Position numbers and translations under genes: made by a program. Shown piece after piece: positions 63,528 through 64,000 of a stretch of DNA of 64,000 nucleotides. A model generated the notes under the pieces. The model saw nothing but the letters and a program-made list of their open reading frames with translations. It was not told where the DNA came from and ran no database searches. Location of the stretch: the sequence record DRR378314_434; one strand, 5' to 3'. Position 1 is the stretch's first letter; every line of letters begins with the position of its first letter.

Positions 63528-64000
63528 TTAATTCAATACGCGACTGACTTCCGGCGATGGCTTACCAATGTAATAGCCCTGTAAGTACTCAATTTGCTGG
63601 TCACACAAGTAGCTATTTACTTCCTTATTCTCAACAAATTCAGCCACGATAGGAATATGTAATTCCTTACAGATACTGATCAGGCCATTCAGAATACTGG
63701 CACTTGTCGGGTCATGTAATACGTTTTGAACTATGCTGCCATCAATCTTCAAATAATCCGGACGAAGACTTATCAGCCGCGAGAAGTTTGAATAACCGAC
63801 ACCAAAATCATCTATCGCAATTTGTCCACCTAAACGTCTGACATCTCTGGCAAAAGCCTGAACCTTGGTAAAATCTTCTGTGGATTCGGTTTCCGTAATT
63901 TCGAAAATAAGTTGTGCTTTCTTATGTTCTGACAGCACATAATGAATAAAACTGACCGTCTCTTCATTCAAAATATCTTCGATGGAGACATTCACGGATA
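63528..64000 (-). CDS. EAL-domain (c-di-GMP phosphodiesterase) protein, 5'-partial
   Basis: SVNVS, FEITETE, IDDFGVGYSN, LKIDGS, AEFVE, QGYY. Confidence 0.9.
   Translation of the reverse strand, partial: SVNVSIEDILNEETVSFIHYVLSEHKKAQLIFEITETESTEDFTKVQAFARDVRRLGGQIAIDDFGVGYSNFSRLISLRPDYLKIDGSIVQNVLHDPTSASILNGLISICKELHIPIVAEFVENKEVNSYLCDQQIEYLQGYYIGKPSPEVSRVLN

Overview
Chromosomal segment of a marine gammaproteobacterium (gene content and order suggest Idiomarina/Alteromonadales; inference). About 1-15 kb is an accessory region: a 3'-truncated hypothetical gene, an RhlE-type DEAD-box helicase, a run of secreted peptidases/hydrolases, and a Fur-boxed TonB-dependent receptor plus PepSY-TM gene. 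The rest is mostly core: sucDCBA-sdhBADC/gltA, a KamA-like radical SAM gene, kdsB-ycaR-lpxK-msbA-comEC, lolCDE, pilZ-mfd-csiV-marR-exeM, msrAB, an asnB/carbamoyltransferase/solute-symporter operon, folK-like/folM, acnA, tesB, nupC-like, udk, an M16 peptidase, a 2OG-Fe(II) oxygenase and a partial EAL gene. No tRNA, rRNA, CRISPR or intact mobile element was seen. Highlights: (1) a 134-aa exported ORF ending in a VemP-like arrest motif, whose last codons base-pair with the Shine-Dalgarno of a downstream S41 peptidase gene (candidate secretion-monitoring arrest-peptide system with a new type of target); (2) a candidate Fur-repressed ~105-nt sRNA; (3) an operon with an ATCase-like enzyme lacking the Asp beta-carboxylate ligands, an AsnB-like amidotransferase, a symporter and an unannotated 40-aa membrane ORF; (4) a degenerate attC-like site. 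All family assignments come from motif recognition, not from database searches.
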